From positions 69,312-133,311 of the forward strand of contig CAYUNN010000003.1 in the NCBI GenBank assembly GCA_964445905.1: DNA of 64,000 nucleotides, written 5' to 3'. The notes under the pieces were generated by a model. That model had not been told where the DNA came from. It did not search any database and saw only the letters and a list, made by a program, of their open reading frames with translations. A program made the translations under genes and the position numbers. The stretch comes from an uncultured Candidatus Saccharibacteria bacterium (GTDB lineage Bacteria > Patescibacteriota > Minisyncoccia > Minisyncoccales > JAGGXC01). Below are positions 7,130-16,734 of the stretch, in pieces (position 1 is the stretch's first letter; the number at the start of each line of letters is the position of its first letter).

Positions 7130-9583
7130 ATGGCATTATCTGAAGCAGATATAAAAGCAAAATATATTGACCCTAAAATTCACGAGAGTGGATGGGCAGA
7201 GGAACTTTTAACTCGCGAATATCCAATTACGCAAGATAGGTTTTTTGTTGAAGGAGAAGAGTATAAGAAAATAAATAGCAAGAAGTTTGCTGACTATGTT
7301 TTAAAATATGATGATATAAATATTGCCTTAATCGAGGCGAAAGCCGAAGATGAAAGCCCGGGAAAACATTTAAGTCAGGCTCAAGATTATGGAAAAAGGT
7401 TAGATGTCCCTTTTGTTTATATTTCTAATGGCAAAAAAACAATTTTGTATGACAGGAGAAATTTAAAAACCCAAGATGTTGACACATATTTAACTCCAGA
7501 AGAAATGTACCAAAGTTATCTTGAGTGGAAGGGGCTCAATAAGGCAAAGGTAGATGCTTTAAATTATCCACCTTATATTTCACCAACACAAAAGCCAAGA
7601 TTTTATCAAGAAGCTGCTGTTAAGGCTGTTATAGAGAATATTGTTAAGGGCAATAAAAAGACACTATTAACTATGGCGACAGGGACCGGTAAGACTTATG
7701 TTTCTTTTCAAACAGTATGGAAATTAGTTAAATCCAAACACTTTCATAGAGTTCTATTTTTGACAGATAGGATAATTTTAAGAGATGATGCTTATGAAAG
7801 AGACTTTGAGCCATTTGGAGAGGCAAGAGAAAAAATAAAAGGAGGTAAATTTAATAAGAATCGTAATATTTATTTCTCTACCTATCAAACATTATTTGCT
7901 GAAGATTTATATAAGAAAATTCCTAATGAATTTTTTGATTTAGTTATTATTGATGAATGTCATCGTTCTCGTTATGGAGATTGGGGTATAATTTTAGACC
8001 ATTTTAATACTGCTTATAATTTTGGCATGACAGCTACCCCTAAACGTCAAGACAACATTGATGTTTATGAATATTTTGGCGAACCGGTCTATGAATATAG
8101 TATGGGCCAAGCCATAGAAGATGGTTTTCTTGTCCCGTATAAGATTTATAAAATAAAAACAAACCTTTATAAGAAAGGACTTCACACCAGTGATGCAGAA
8201 GAAGTTATTTATGATGATGAAATAGACCCCGATGAGTTGAAGGATTTTTATGAACCATCTGAATATGAAAGAGCTATAAGCATTCCAGACCAAATTGAAA
8301 CTTTATCCAAAAAGGTAGTTGAGATTTTAGATAAAACAAATCCATATGGAAAAACCATTATATTCTGTGTAGATATGGCTCACGCCCAAAGCGTTAAAGA
8401 TGAGCTTAATAGGGCAAAGGGTAACGAAGAATATGCTACCAGAGTAGTTGCAGAAGATAAGGATAATTTAAGACCCTTTAGAGATAAAGAAATGACAATG
8501 CCTGTAATTGCTACTACTGTTGATTTGCTTTCTACTGGGGTAGATATACCAAACCTTGAGAATATTATTTTTATGCGTCCTGTAAGCTCTCAGGTATTGT
8601 TTAAACAGATTATTGGACGTGGTTCTAGATTATGCGAAGGAAAGGGATTTTTTAGAATAATTGACTTTACTAACGCTACTAGACTAATTGACGAATGGGA
8701 TGTACCGAAACCACCGCCTCCTCCACCGGAGCCGCCCGAAGAACCTAAGGCTCCCTTCGATAAACTTCTTTTTGGAGTGTTGGTTGATGCTAAAACAGAA
8801 AAACCAATTCCAAAGGCAAATCTTATAGCTAAAATTAGCAGATGGTTTAAGATAGGAACAACTGATAAAAATGGGATATTTAATCTTTTCGGATTACCCT
8901 CCAACGATACTATTGGCTTCTCTGCAGAGAAAGATGCTTATAAAAAATTCAATAAGAAAGTTAAGCCTCAAGAATCAGAAAGTGATGCTCCTTATGTTTT
9001 TAGTTTAAAGTCAGAAAAAGCTAAAGGCAAAAAAATAAAAATTAAGGGAATTGAGGTAACTATTGAAGAAGAAATAGAGGTTGAGTTTGAGGGCAAAAAG
9101 CTATCTTATGCAGAATACAGAAAATATTCTAAAGAGAATATTAAGAAGAAGATTCACTCAAGTGATGAATTAAGAGAAATTTGGCTGACTCCGGAGAAGA
9201 AAAAGAAGTTTCTTAAAGATTTAGAGAGCAGAAACATTAACATAGAACTTATTAAATCCATAGACAATTTTGGAGATAGTGATAGTTTTGATATTATTGC
9301 TCACCTTGCTTTTAATTCCCCTCTTTTAACCAGAGAAGATAGAGTTAAACAGTTTCTGCGTAATAATAATCAAAACATAACTCAACACGGCCAAGCCATT
9401 CAGGAAGCTATTTATAATATTTTAGATATGTATAAATATACGGGGGAGGAGAATTTATCTTCTCAAATATTTATGCTTCCGAATATGAATGCTCAAAAGA
9501 AAGAGGTCCAAAGTAAATATCCTAATGGATTAGCAGGGTTTATGAATTTCTTAAAACAAAAAATATATAGCGAAGCCAAATAA
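7130..9583 (+). CDS. hsdR: Type I RM restriction subunit R (helicase-nuclease)
   Basis: Has an N-terminal PD-(D/E)xK region (IALIEAKAED), Walker A TMATGTGKT and DEAH-like IIDECHRS. A Pro-rich linker PKPPPPPPEPPEEP is followed by an EcoEI-R C-terminal-like domain. Confidence 0.9.
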   Translation: MALSEADIKAKYIDPKIHESGWAEELLTREYPITQDRFFVEGEEYKKINSKKFADYVLKYDDINIALIEAKAEDESPGKHLSQAQDYGKRLDVPFVYISNGKKTILYDRRNLKTQDVDTYLTPEEMYQSYLEWKGLNKAKVDALNYPPYISPTQKPRFYQEAAVKAVIENIVKGNKKTLLTMATGTGKTYVSFQTVWKLVKSKHFHRVLFLTDRIILRDDAYERDFEPFGEAREKIKGGKFNKNRNIYFSTYQTLFAEDLYKKIPNEFFDLVIIDECHRSRYGDWGIILDHFNTAYNFGMTATPKRQDNIDVYEYFGEPVYEYSMGQAIEDGFLVPYKIYKIKTNLYKKGLHTSDAEEVIYDDEIDPDELKDFYEPSEYERAISIPDQIETLSKKVVEILDKTNPYGKTIIFCVDMAHAQSVKDELNRAKGNEEYATRVVAEDKDNLRPFRDKEMTMPVIATTVDLLSTGVDIPNLENIIFMRPVSSQVLFKQIIGRGSRLCEGKGFFRIIDFTNATRLIDEWDVPKPPPPPPEPPEEPKAPFDKLLFGVLVDAKTEKPIPKANLIAKISRWFKIGTTDKNGIFNLFGLPSNDTIGFSAEKDAYKKFNKKVKPQESESDAPYVFSLKSEKAKGKKIKIKGIEVTIEEEIEVEFEGKKLSYAEYRKYSKENIKKKIHSSDELREIWLTPEKKKKFLKDLESRNINIELIKSIDNFGDSDSFDIIAHLAFNSPLLTREDRVKQFLRNNNQNITQHGQAIQEAIYNILDMYKYTGEENLSSQIFMLPNMNAQKKEVQSKYPNGLAGFMNFLKQKIYSEAK

Positions 9584-9604
9584 TTATTTTAAAAAAATAA
9601 AAAT

Positions 9605-10531
9605 ATGCCCATATTTCAAATAAAAAATAAGAAACTAGTAAAAATTAAAGAAAAAGTTGCTCCTTTAGAAAAAGATATTCAAAAAGTAACGGAAGAAAAT
9701 TTAGAAGAAATATTCGGATTAAAATATATTTCTTCTGAATTTCCTTTAAATAATTTAAGAATTGATACTCTTTGTTTTAATCCGGAAACAAATTCTTTTG
9801 TAATCATAGAATATAAAAAAGATAGGAGTTTTAGTGTCATAGACCAAGGCTTTGCTTATCTTGCCTTAATGCTTAATAATAAAGCAGATTTTCTTTTAGA
9901 ATATAATGAGAAAACAAAAAAGCAGCTAAATAGAGATAATGTAGATTGGTCTCAATCTAAGATAATTTTTATTTCTCCTTACTTTACTCCTCACCAGAAA
10001 GGCGCTATAAACTTTAAAAACCTACCTCTTGAGTTATGGGAAGTCAATTTTTTTGGCAGTGATTTGATTGAATATGAACATATTGAACCAATTGAAACCT
10101 CTGAAAACATAGAAAAGATTACTGGAGGAGATAAGTTGATAAAAAGAGTGGCTAAAGATATTAAGCCTTACGACTTAGATTCGCATCTTAAAAAAGCATC
10201 TGACAAAACAAGAGATTTATATAGCTCTTTGAAAGAAAAAATATTTGAGTTGGGTGATGTTAAAGAAATTCCAAAACAACTTTATGTTGCCTACCGTATA
10301 GGAGACAGTCGTATAAATTTCTGTTCAATACATTTCTACAAAGAGAAGCTTGAAATTTATATTTTAATAGCCGATAAGAATCTTGATGACCCAAGGAAAA
10401 TGTCAAAAAAGGTTCCAAAGTCATATGGTTGGGCCAAGAATCTAAAAGTGTTCAACATAACATCAGAGAAAGACTTACGCTATGCAATGAATCTTATCGA
10501 GCAATCCTACGAGTTCAATAAAAACCGATAA
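9605..10531 (+). CDS. PD-(D/E)xK nuclease-fold protein (NucS/DUF91-like N-terminus + uncharacterised C-terminal domain), RM-associated
   Basis: D-x(n)-E-x-K pattern in ...LRIDTLCFNPETNSFVIIEYKKDRS...VIDQGFAYLALM. Tightly packed after hsdR with a 21-nt gap. Confidence 0.45.
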   Translation: MPIFQIKNKKLVKIKEKVAPLEKDIQKVTEENLEEIFGLKYISSEFPLNNLRIDTLCFNPETNSFVIIEYKKDRSFSVIDQGFAYLALMLNNKADFLLEYNEKTKKQLNRDNVDWSQSKIIFISPYFTPHQKGAINFKNLPLELWEVNFFGSDLIEYEHIEPIETSENIEKITGGDKLIKRVAKDIKPYDLDSHLKKASDKTRDLYSSLKEKIFELGDVKEIPKQLYVAYRIGDSRINFCSIHFYKEKLEIYILIADKNLDDPRKMSKKVPKSYGWAKNLKVFNITSEKDLRYAMNLIEQSYEFNKNR

Positions 10532-10545
10532 TTTTAGCTTGAAAC

Positions 10546-11397
10546 ATGAAGAAAGAATTAAAAGAATCAATAGAGAAAAGCGGAAATAAGCTTCATTTAG
10601 AAACAGCTGCTATTCTTGAAAAAAATGAATGGAATGTTGATTTAAGTTCTTATTATTATGATGATACTCAAAGAAAACCAAGAGAAATTGATATAATAGC
10701 TGATAAAGATTTTTCGATTAAAAATGAAGGTAAAGAGGTTGGGAAATTCAAGCTATTTTTATTCATTGAATGTAAATACTTAAAAAGTGATATAGGATTT
10801 ATAATGCGTGAAAATAATAGAAAGCAAGCAGAGGAGGCCATGATTTTTAGTGAAATAAATAAAGATAAAAATCTATTTTCTTATTTGGAAGGAATGCACG
10901 ATTATGGTTCTAATAAATTTACACATCATTATTTGAAAGATGAGTTTGTTGGAAAACTTTATAATACTACATCTGAGGACGAAAATAAGATTTTTAATGC
11001 GCTTACTCAGCCCATAAAATCCTTAATCTTCTTTCAGGAAAGTCTTTATAAAATGGAGCCGGAAGTTGGGGTTAAAAAGGCAATTTATTATCCTCTGGTT
11101 GTTTATTCGGGCATTGATGGAATATATCCAATTGAAGAATATGATAACTTAAATGACTTAAAGACAAAGGAAGGGGTGATATTTGCCTTAAATTATTCTT
11201 ATAAAAGTCCTACTAAAACAAAAACAGTTTATGGTGCGCAAGTTCCGATACTAACAACTCAACCCTTTTATATTGATTTTGTAAAAAAAGACGCCCTAGG
11301 TAGATTTTTAAGTAACGTTATTGGACAGGAAGCAAAAAGGTTTCAAAGATATTTTTCTAGCGTGGAGGAACAAAAAGATTTAAATAAAAATATATAG
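10546..11397 (+). CDS. Restriction-endonuclease-like fold protein (hypothetical)
   Basis: Second PD-(D/E)xK-like motif ...EIDIIADKD...LFLFIECKYL... in the same orientation as the RM genes. Confidence 0.4.
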   Translation: MKKELKESIEKSGNKLHLETAAILEKNEWNVDLSSYYYDDTQRKPREIDIIADKDFSIKNEGKEVGKFKLFLFIECKYLKSDIGFIMRENNRKQAEEAMIFSEINKDKNLFSYLEGMHDYGSNKFTHHYLKDEFVGKLYNTTSEDENKIFNALTQPIKSLIFFQESLYKMEPEVGVKKAIYYPLVVYSGIDGIYPIEEYDNLNDLKTKEGVIFALNYSYKSPTKTKTVYGAQVPILTTQPFYIDFVKKDALGRFLSNVIGQEAKRFQRYFSSVEEQKDLNKNI

Positions 11398-11416
11398 CAT
11401 TTTAAAATCTTAAGAC

Positions 11417-11650
11417 ATGAAAGAAACAATTAAGATACGTCATAAAAGAAAAGGATATAAAAAATTTTTAGCAGAAGAAGAAAGAGGATATTATCCGAGC
11501 AAAGATAAAAATAAATACCCATTAGGGGTTGATAAAATAAGAATAATTGATAAAGGAAAAAATCTGTATATAGAAAAAGTGATAGACAAAAAAACAGGGA
11601 AGATTATTAGGAACATAGAAGAATTATTAACCAAGCATAAAAAATTATAA
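11417..11650 (+). CDS. Hypothetical small basic protein (77 aa)
   Basis: Lys/Arg-rich ORF in the operon-like array. No motifs. Confidence 0.3.
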   Translation: MKETIKIRHKRKGYKKFLAEEERGYYPSKDKNKYPLGVDKIRIIDKGKNLYIEKVIDKKTGKIIRNIEELLTKHKKL

Positions 11651-11653
11651 AAT

Positions 11654-11944
11654 ATGTCATTAGAAAAATTATCAGACCGAATTGCCAAAAATCAATTTTT
11701 ATTCTCAGCTTTGTTGATTTTAATACTAACAGTTTACTTAATAGTCAATGAAGCTGACATCAAATATATAAATTTAGGGTTAATAACTTTCCTTTATTTT
11801 TATGTTTTATTTTTAACTAACTCTTTTTTTATGAAGGTTATTTATAAAGAAAAGGCTCAAGACCATAGCAGGTGGAAAGAATATATATTATTTTTCTTGT
11901 TTACTATTATATGGTTATTTATTTTGTTTAAATTTTATGAGTAA
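11654..11944 (+). CDS. Small membrane protein (96 aa, ~3 TM)
   Basis: Hydrophobic helices LFSALLILILTVYLIV, GLITFLYFYVLFL and ILFFLFTIIWLFILF. Overlaps the next gene's start. Confidence 0.4.
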   Translation: MSLEKLSDRIAKNQFLFSALLILILTVYLIVNEADIKYINLGLITFLYFYVLFLTNSFFMKVIYKEKAQDHSRWKEYILFFLFTIIWLFILFKFYE

Positions 11945-12596
11945 ATTAAGATTCATTACGGAACAACTGATAGAAGCTAACAATCTACTTTTTAATTCCA
12001 TTAAAACTTTGTATAAAGAAGATGATAAAAATAGTGGGAAATTATATCACCCCATATCTGTGATGTTGTTATCTTTTTGTTTTATTGATTGCTTAAGAAG
12101 GCTTAATTATATTTTTGAAAATGGAAAAGACGGTAAGGAGAATTTTAATAACAAAATTAACTATGAGGACTTTTTGAACCGTTTTATTATAAACAACGAT
12201 AAATATAATCAGTATAATTACTCTTTTGATGCAAATAGTTTATATCAGATAAGAAATGACCTAGTCCACTCTTTTGGATTAAAGAGGATATATAATAATG
12301 ATATTTTTAATTTTGTAGGAGGTGATTTATTTGAGAGCAAAAAAAATGTAGAAGACCTTAATATTTTAGGAAAACTAAATAATCCTTTAGCTAGAAACAT
12401 ACATACTATAACATTTAAATCTTTTTTAGAAATAATAAAAGAGGGTATGATGAAGATGTTAAGAGAGTGGGAAAAGAAGACTCTTAAAGATAAAGATTCA
12501 GAATCTTTTAAGAAGAATATAAATGATTTACACTTAGATTTAAAAGATATTACATATTTTTATTTAGGTTCAAGGTTAAAAAATAAAGTCGAATAA
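11937..12596 (+). CDS. Hypothetical protein with candidate HEPN-like R-x4-H motif (abortive-infection-like)
   Basis: ...SLYQIRNDLVHSFGL... fits the HEPN Rx4-6H signature. It follows a tiny membrane protein inside a defense island. The family assignment is unverified. Confidence 0.35.
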   Translation: MSKLRFITEQLIEANNLLFNSIKTLYKEDDKNSGKLYHPISVMLLSFCFIDCLRRLNYIFENGKDGKENFNNKINYEDFLNRFIINNDKYNQYNYSFDANSLYQIRNDLVHSFGLKRIYNNDIFNFVGGDLFESKKNVEDLNILGKLNNPLARNIHTITFKSFLEIIKEGMMKMLREWEKKTLKDKDSESFKKNINDLHLDLKDITYFYLGSRLKNKVE

Positions 12597-12615
12597 AAAT
12601 TAAATTATTATTACT

Positions 12616-13149
12616 ATGAAAAAATATATCGTAATTATTGTAGCTTTGATTCTTGTTGGAGGATTTTCTATTGTTAGTGCATCTCAAGAAGGAAATCCTT
12701 TTCAGAAAATATGGACTGCAATAAATAATCTTCAAGAGCAAATCTATAGTATAGAGCTTACTCCCGGCCCAGAAGGACCGCAGGGACCAGAGGGTCCAGG
12801 GGGTCCAGAGGGTCCGCAGGGACCGGAAGGACCACAGGGAATACAAGGTCTGGAGGGACCTGCAGGTCCTACTATTTTTCCTGAACCAGCATTTGATAGT
12901 GGTTGGGTAGAAATACCACCATATAATTCTGTAACAGATATTCACCACGATGTAGGAGGAGATGTAAATGATTATTTCATTTATGCTACATATCTTAGGC
13001 ACAATGATACCCTTACATCACATAGAACCGCAGCCGATGCAATATGGTGGGAAGATGTAGAACCTAATAATATACAGTTAATAACTAATGGAGATGTAAC
13101 TAATGAATTTAAGGCAGCTAGAATAAGAATTTGGGTTATAGGAGAATAA
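12616..13149 (+). CDS. Secreted collagen-like triple-helix repeat protein with globular C-terminal domain
   Basis: N-terminal signal/TM ([18 protein letters not shown]). Eleven perfect G-x-y triplets ([35 protein letters not shown]) sit at nt ~12769-12875. A C-terminal domain of ~95 aa follows. Confidence 0.75.
   Translation: MKKYIVIIVALILVGGFSIVSASQEGNPFQKIWTAINNLQEQIYSIELTPGPEGPQGPEGPGGPEGPQGPEGPQGIQGLEGPAGPTIFPEPAFDSGWVEIPPYNSVTDIHHDVGGDVNDYFIYATYLRHNDTLTSHRTAADAIWWEDVEPNNIQLITNGDVTNEFKAARIRIWVIGE
12769..12875 (+). repeat. 9-bp-unit collagen-like (GPEGPQ) tandem repeat inside the CDS
   Basis: ggaccgcagggaccagagggtccagggggtccagagggtccgcagggaccggaaggaccacaggga. The copy number stays in frame. 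Confidence 0.7.
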
Positions 13150-13161
13150 TAATTAAAATAA

Positions 13162-13192
13162 AAAGCTCATTGTTTTTCTTTGAGCTTTTTGT
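13162..13192 (+). terminator. Rho-independent terminator after the collagen-like gene
   Basis: aaagctca ... tgagcttttt: an 8-bp stem plus a T-run. Confidence 0.45.
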
Positions 13193-13451
13193 TTATGCTA
13201 GTAATTTTTGGGCTAGATTAAGAGTTAATTCAATATTTTGAATATAATCTGCCCATTTAGATGTTCGAAAACTGTCCCATCTGGGGAGCCGATAATTTCA
13301 AAATAAAACACCTTTTAGAAACGGTGTTTAATTTTTTTAATTCTCCTTATTCAAAGAGCAAACAAAAATTGTTCAACAGCGCGTTTTTTCTTGTCGAGAT
13401 CAGGGCACTTTGGGAGTGTTCGAACATAAGGAATATAATTAAAATTAATTT

Positions 13452-13529
13452 AGTTCACAATTTATAAGATAATTATAAATAGTCAGTTTACAATATAGTT
13501 TACAATTATATTTATCTACTTGACAATTA
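13452..13529 (+). promoter_or_regulatory. Repeated AGTT(T/C)ACAAT motifs plus TTGACAAT promoter-like box upstream of the HTH-GHKL gene
   Basis: agttcacaat (13452-13461), agtttacaat (13485-13494), agtttacaat (13497-13506) and cttgacaatta (13519-13529) lie within a 360-bp intergenic region. Confidence 0.3.
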
Positions 13530-13556
13530 TTTTAATATAGAGTAACCTTAGATTAC

Positions 13557-14582
13557 ATGAATAGAAAATACAAAATTAAAGAATTTATCAAGGTTAAAAA
13601 ACGGGTTTCTTCTACAGAAGTGGCGCGGCACTTCGGTTTTACTCGTCAGTACGCAAGCCAGCTTTTAAGAGCTATGGTTAATGCTGATACAATTGTTAAA
13701 TTTGGTTCTACCCGCTCTGCCTTCTATACTTTACCGGAATTAATTGACGAAGTTGGACCAACGGCGGTTGAGCGTCGTTTTAAGAATAAAAATGTAAAGG
13801 AGCATGAAATTTTTGATGATTTGATTTCTGCCTTTCCCGCTTTTCGTATTGTTCCCGAAAACATCCAAAGCATAGCACATTACGCATTTTCGGAAATGCT
13901 TAATAATGCTATTGAGCACTCACGCTCTGAAAATATTGAGGTCAAATTAGAAAGTAACGGCATGATTAGATTTGTTGTAGACGACTTTGGTATAGGTATA
14001 TTTAGAAATGTCATGCATCAGCGTAAACTTAAGTCAGAATTAGAAGCAATGCAGGATTTATTAAAAGGCAAGGTCACCACGGATCCAAAAGCGCATACAG
14101 GCGAAGGTATTTTCTTTACTTCGAAAGCAGCTGATCGTTTTGTTTTAGAAAGTTTTGGATACAAGATGATCGTAGATAATACGATTCCCGATGTTTTTTT
14201 TCACGAAGAAGAGCGGGTAAAACGCGGTACGCGTGTTACTTTTGCTATTGCACGAAATAGCAACAGACATCTAAATAAAATTTTTGAAAAATATCAATCA
14301 AAACCCGGCAGTTACGCTTTTGACAAAACCGAAGTACGTATTCGTTTATTTATAATGGGGACTGTCTATGTTTCGCGTTCTCAAGCGCGTCGTGTTTTAG
14401 TTGGTTTGGAAAAGTTTAAGAAAATTATTCTTGATTTCGACCGAGTGCCCAATGTTGGCCAGGCATTTGCTGATGAAATTTTTAGAGTTTTTCAAAGTCG
14501 TTACCCTAATATCTCTATTGAACCGATTAATATGAACAAGACCGTTCGTTTTATGGTCGAAAGAGTCGAAAAGCCGAATTGA
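13557..14582 (+). CDS. HTH + GHKL (HATPase_c, anti-sigma-kinase-like) + STAS-like (DUF4325-like) fusion protein
   Basis: N-terminal HTH (SSTEVARHFGFTRQYASQLLRAM). Then an N-box SEMLNNAIEHS, G1 VVDDFGIGI and G2-like HTGEGIFFTS. A ~90-aa STAS-like C-terminal domain follows. GC is visibly higher than in the neighbours. Confidence 0.55.
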   Translation: MNRKYKIKEFIKVKKRVSSTEVARHFGFTRQYASQLLRAMVNADTIVKFGSTRSAFYTLPELIDEVGPTAVERRFKNKNVKEHEIFDDLISAFPAFRIVPENIQSIAHYAFSEMLNNAIEHSRSENIEVKLESNGMIRFVVDDFGIGIFRNVMHQRKLKSELEAMQDLLKGKVTTDPKAHTGEGIFFTSKAADRFVLESFGYKMIVDNTIPDVFFHEEERVKRGTRVTFAIARNSNRHLNKIFEKYQSKPGSYAFDKTEVRIRLFIMGTVYVSRSQARRVLVGLEKFKKIILDFDRVPNVGQAFADEIFRVFQSRYPNISIEPINMNKTVRFMVERVEKPN

Positions 14583-14621
14583 AGCCCGGAGGATGTTTTT
14601 TTACCAGAGTGAAATAAATTT

Positions 14622-15275
14622 ATGAGAGGAAAAAACAAAAAAAATTTAATAATTTTAGGAATAGCCACATTAATTTTGTCTGTTTTTATTGTTTTACAAC
14701 AAAACGATTCTTATTTGCCAGCTGCTATATACCATTCTCTACAGGAAGAAAATAAAGTGACCGTTGCCGGTTGTCCCACTTTTTATTATATGCTTGATAA
14801 ATTAAGCAATAACGGGATTAATGTTATTAAAACTAATTCTACAGCAGAAAGCCTTCGTTATTTACAAGAAAGTAAAGCAGATTTAATTATTGCGGGTAGG
14901 GCTTTAAAACCGGAAGAACCTAATTTTGATTCCGGCATTATTGGGCCCGGATATTCTTTTGTTTCTGAAAATGAGTTATTAATTCTTGATAAACAAATGG
15001 GCGATTACGATTTTTTTACAGACCTTTCGGCAGAAGAAATAATAGAAAAATTTCCCTATATTATTTATGACAAAATATTAAAAGTAGAGAATGTTTACGA
15101 TTACTTAGACGCAGGAATTGTTATTACTTCTGTTGAAAATACGGACTATTCAAAAAGCGAAATCGTTCATGTTTATACGGAAGATAGATCTAGACACCTT
15201 TTTTCACGCACTCCAGTAATTTATTATTCTGAAAACGTAAATAGCCTAGATTATATTAAAAGTATCCTTAGGTAA
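14622..15275 (+). CDS. Hypothetical secreted/membrane-anchored protein (217 aa)
   Basis: N-terminal TM/signal LIILGIATLILSVFIVL. No confident family. Confidence 0.45.
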   Translation: MRGKNKKNLIILGIATLILSVFIVLQQNDSYLPAAIYHSLQEENKVTVAGCPTFYYMLDKLSNNGINVIKTNSTAESLRYLQESKADLIIAGRALKPEEPNFDSGIIGPGYSFVSENELLILDKQMGDYDFFTDLSAEEIIEKFPYIIYDKILKVENVYDYLDAGIVITSVENTDYSKSEIVHVYTEDRSRHLFSRTPVIYYSENVNSLDYIKSILR

Positions 15276-15528
15276 AAATTTAGCCAAACAAGCTCTAATG
15301 TTGTTTGCTGCTTAGAATTCTCGCCCCCGCCTGTTATTTTTGGCCGTATTTTACTTCGGAGTATAATATTCTTAGTTTTCTTGCATTATATTATTTATTG
15401 TGTTATAGTTGAATAACTATTGTTTATAGTATCTCGAAAGAATAATATTTCGATACCCTACACAACAATTTATCATTTAAAGGTGATCGACATGTTATGA
15501 CTTTCGGGGTTTTTTATATTAAAAAAAT

Positions 15529-16734
15529 ATGTATAAAAGAAAAAATAATCAAAATAGAAACAAAAACTTCAGGACTGGAAAATTTAGTTCTCACAGAAGA
15601 AATGGTCGTTCGCCACGTAAATTTCAAGGTGAACGAATTGATGCGTCTAAATATATTCAAAAACCGGCACAGAATAATCCCTTGGAAGAATATAAGCCGA
15701 AAAATGTTTTTCGGGATTTTGGATTTTGTCAAAAACTTCAGATCAATCTAGAACAGAGAAAATATTCTGTCCTGACTCCTGTTCAAGACCAGTCTATCGG
15801 GCCGATTTTAAAGGGACGTGATTTAATTGGCTTAGCTAATACGGGAACTGGGAAAACAGCAGCTTTTTTGCTTCCCCTAATTGATAGAGCTTATAAGAAT
15901 AAACAAGAAAGAATATTAATTATTGCTCCAACAAGAGAATTAGCTATTCAGACAGACAAAGAATTCCGTGCTTTTGCTAAAAATATGAATTTGTATTCTG
16001 CTATTTGTGTTGGTGGAAATCCTATTCGTAAGCAAATTTTCGATTTGAGACGCAATCCGAATTTTGTCGTTGGAACACCGGGGAGGTTAAAAGATCTGTC
16101 TAATAAAAAACTTCTTAGGTTTAGTTCTTTCCGAACTATTGTTCTCGATGAAGTGGATCGGATGTTAGACATGGGATTTATTAACGATATTACTGCTATT
16201 TTAAATTCTCTTCCTCGAGAAAGACAAACTTTGTTTTTTTCAGCTACTTTACCTGAGAAGATCAAAGGTTTGGCTAGCCAATTTTTAAAAGAAGCTGTTG
16301 TAGTACAAGTTAAGACAAGAGATACGGCTGCCAATGTATCCCAAGACATCGTCAGAGTTAAAAATAAACTTGAAAAGTTTGATAAGCTTAAAGATTTATT
16401 AAACAAGCCAGAGTTTACCAAGGTGTTAATCTTTACTGAAACTAAAAGGGATGTTGAAAAGCTTTCGGTCAGCCTTTTTAAAGAAGGTTATAAATCGACC
16501 TCAATTCACGGTGATAAAAGACAAAGTCAAAGACAAAAATCATTATCGGCATTTCGGAACGACCAATGTAAAATATTGGTAGCTACCGATGTGGCTGCGC
16601 GCGGTCTTGACATTAATAATATTTCTCATGTTATTAATTACACAGTACCTCGAACTTATAATGACTATATTCATCGGATTGGCCGCACAGGAAGAGCTTT
16701 AAAATTTGGTCAAGCTTTGACTTTTATTGATTAA
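15529..16734 (+). CDS. DEAD-box ATP-dependent RNA helicase
   Basis: Q-motif, Walker A ANTGTGKTAAF, DEVD box, SAT and HRIGRTGR motifs. Arg/Lys-rich N-terminal tail. Confidence 0.9.
   Translation: MYKRKNNQNRNKNFRTGKFSSHRRNGRSPRKFQGERIDASKYIQKPAQNNPLEEYKPKNVFRDFGFCQKLQINLEQRKYSVLTPVQDQSIGPILKGRDLIGLANTGTGKTAAFLLPLIDRAYKNKQERILIIAPTRELAIQTDKEFRAFAKNMNLYSAICVGGNPIRKQIFDLRRNPNFVVGTPGRLKDLSNKKLLRFSSFRTIVLDEVDRMLDMGFINDITAILNSLPRERQTLFFSATLPEKIKGLASQFLKEAVVVQVKTRDTAANVSQDIVRVKNKLEKFDKLKDLLNKPEFTKVLIFTETKRDVEKLSVSLFKEGYKSTSIHGDKRQSQRQKSLSAFRNDQCKILVATDVAARGLDINNISHVINYTVPRTYNDYIHRIGRTGRALKFGQALTFID

Noticed and set aside
8590-8904. Minus-strand ORF with poly-Gly (GSSGGSGGGGGGFG) inside hsdR
   Set aside because: It is the antisense reading of the Pro-rich linker (ccaccgcctcctccaccggagccgccc) of HsdR. 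Not an independent gene.
11491-11688. Minus-strand 65-aa ORF overlapping the small basic protein gene
   Set aside because: Antisense to a co-oriented operon gene. No support.
12550-13002. Minus-strand 150-aa ORF (Trp/Arg-rich: [21 protein letters not shown]) opposite the collagen-like gene
   Set aside because: Antisense reading of the G-x-y repeat. An artefact of repeat periodicity.
13261-13467. 68-aa ORF in the intergenic region upstream of the HTH-GHKL gene
   Set aside because: No RBS and an odd composition. The region is better explained as regulatory DNA carrying the AGTTTACAAT repeats.
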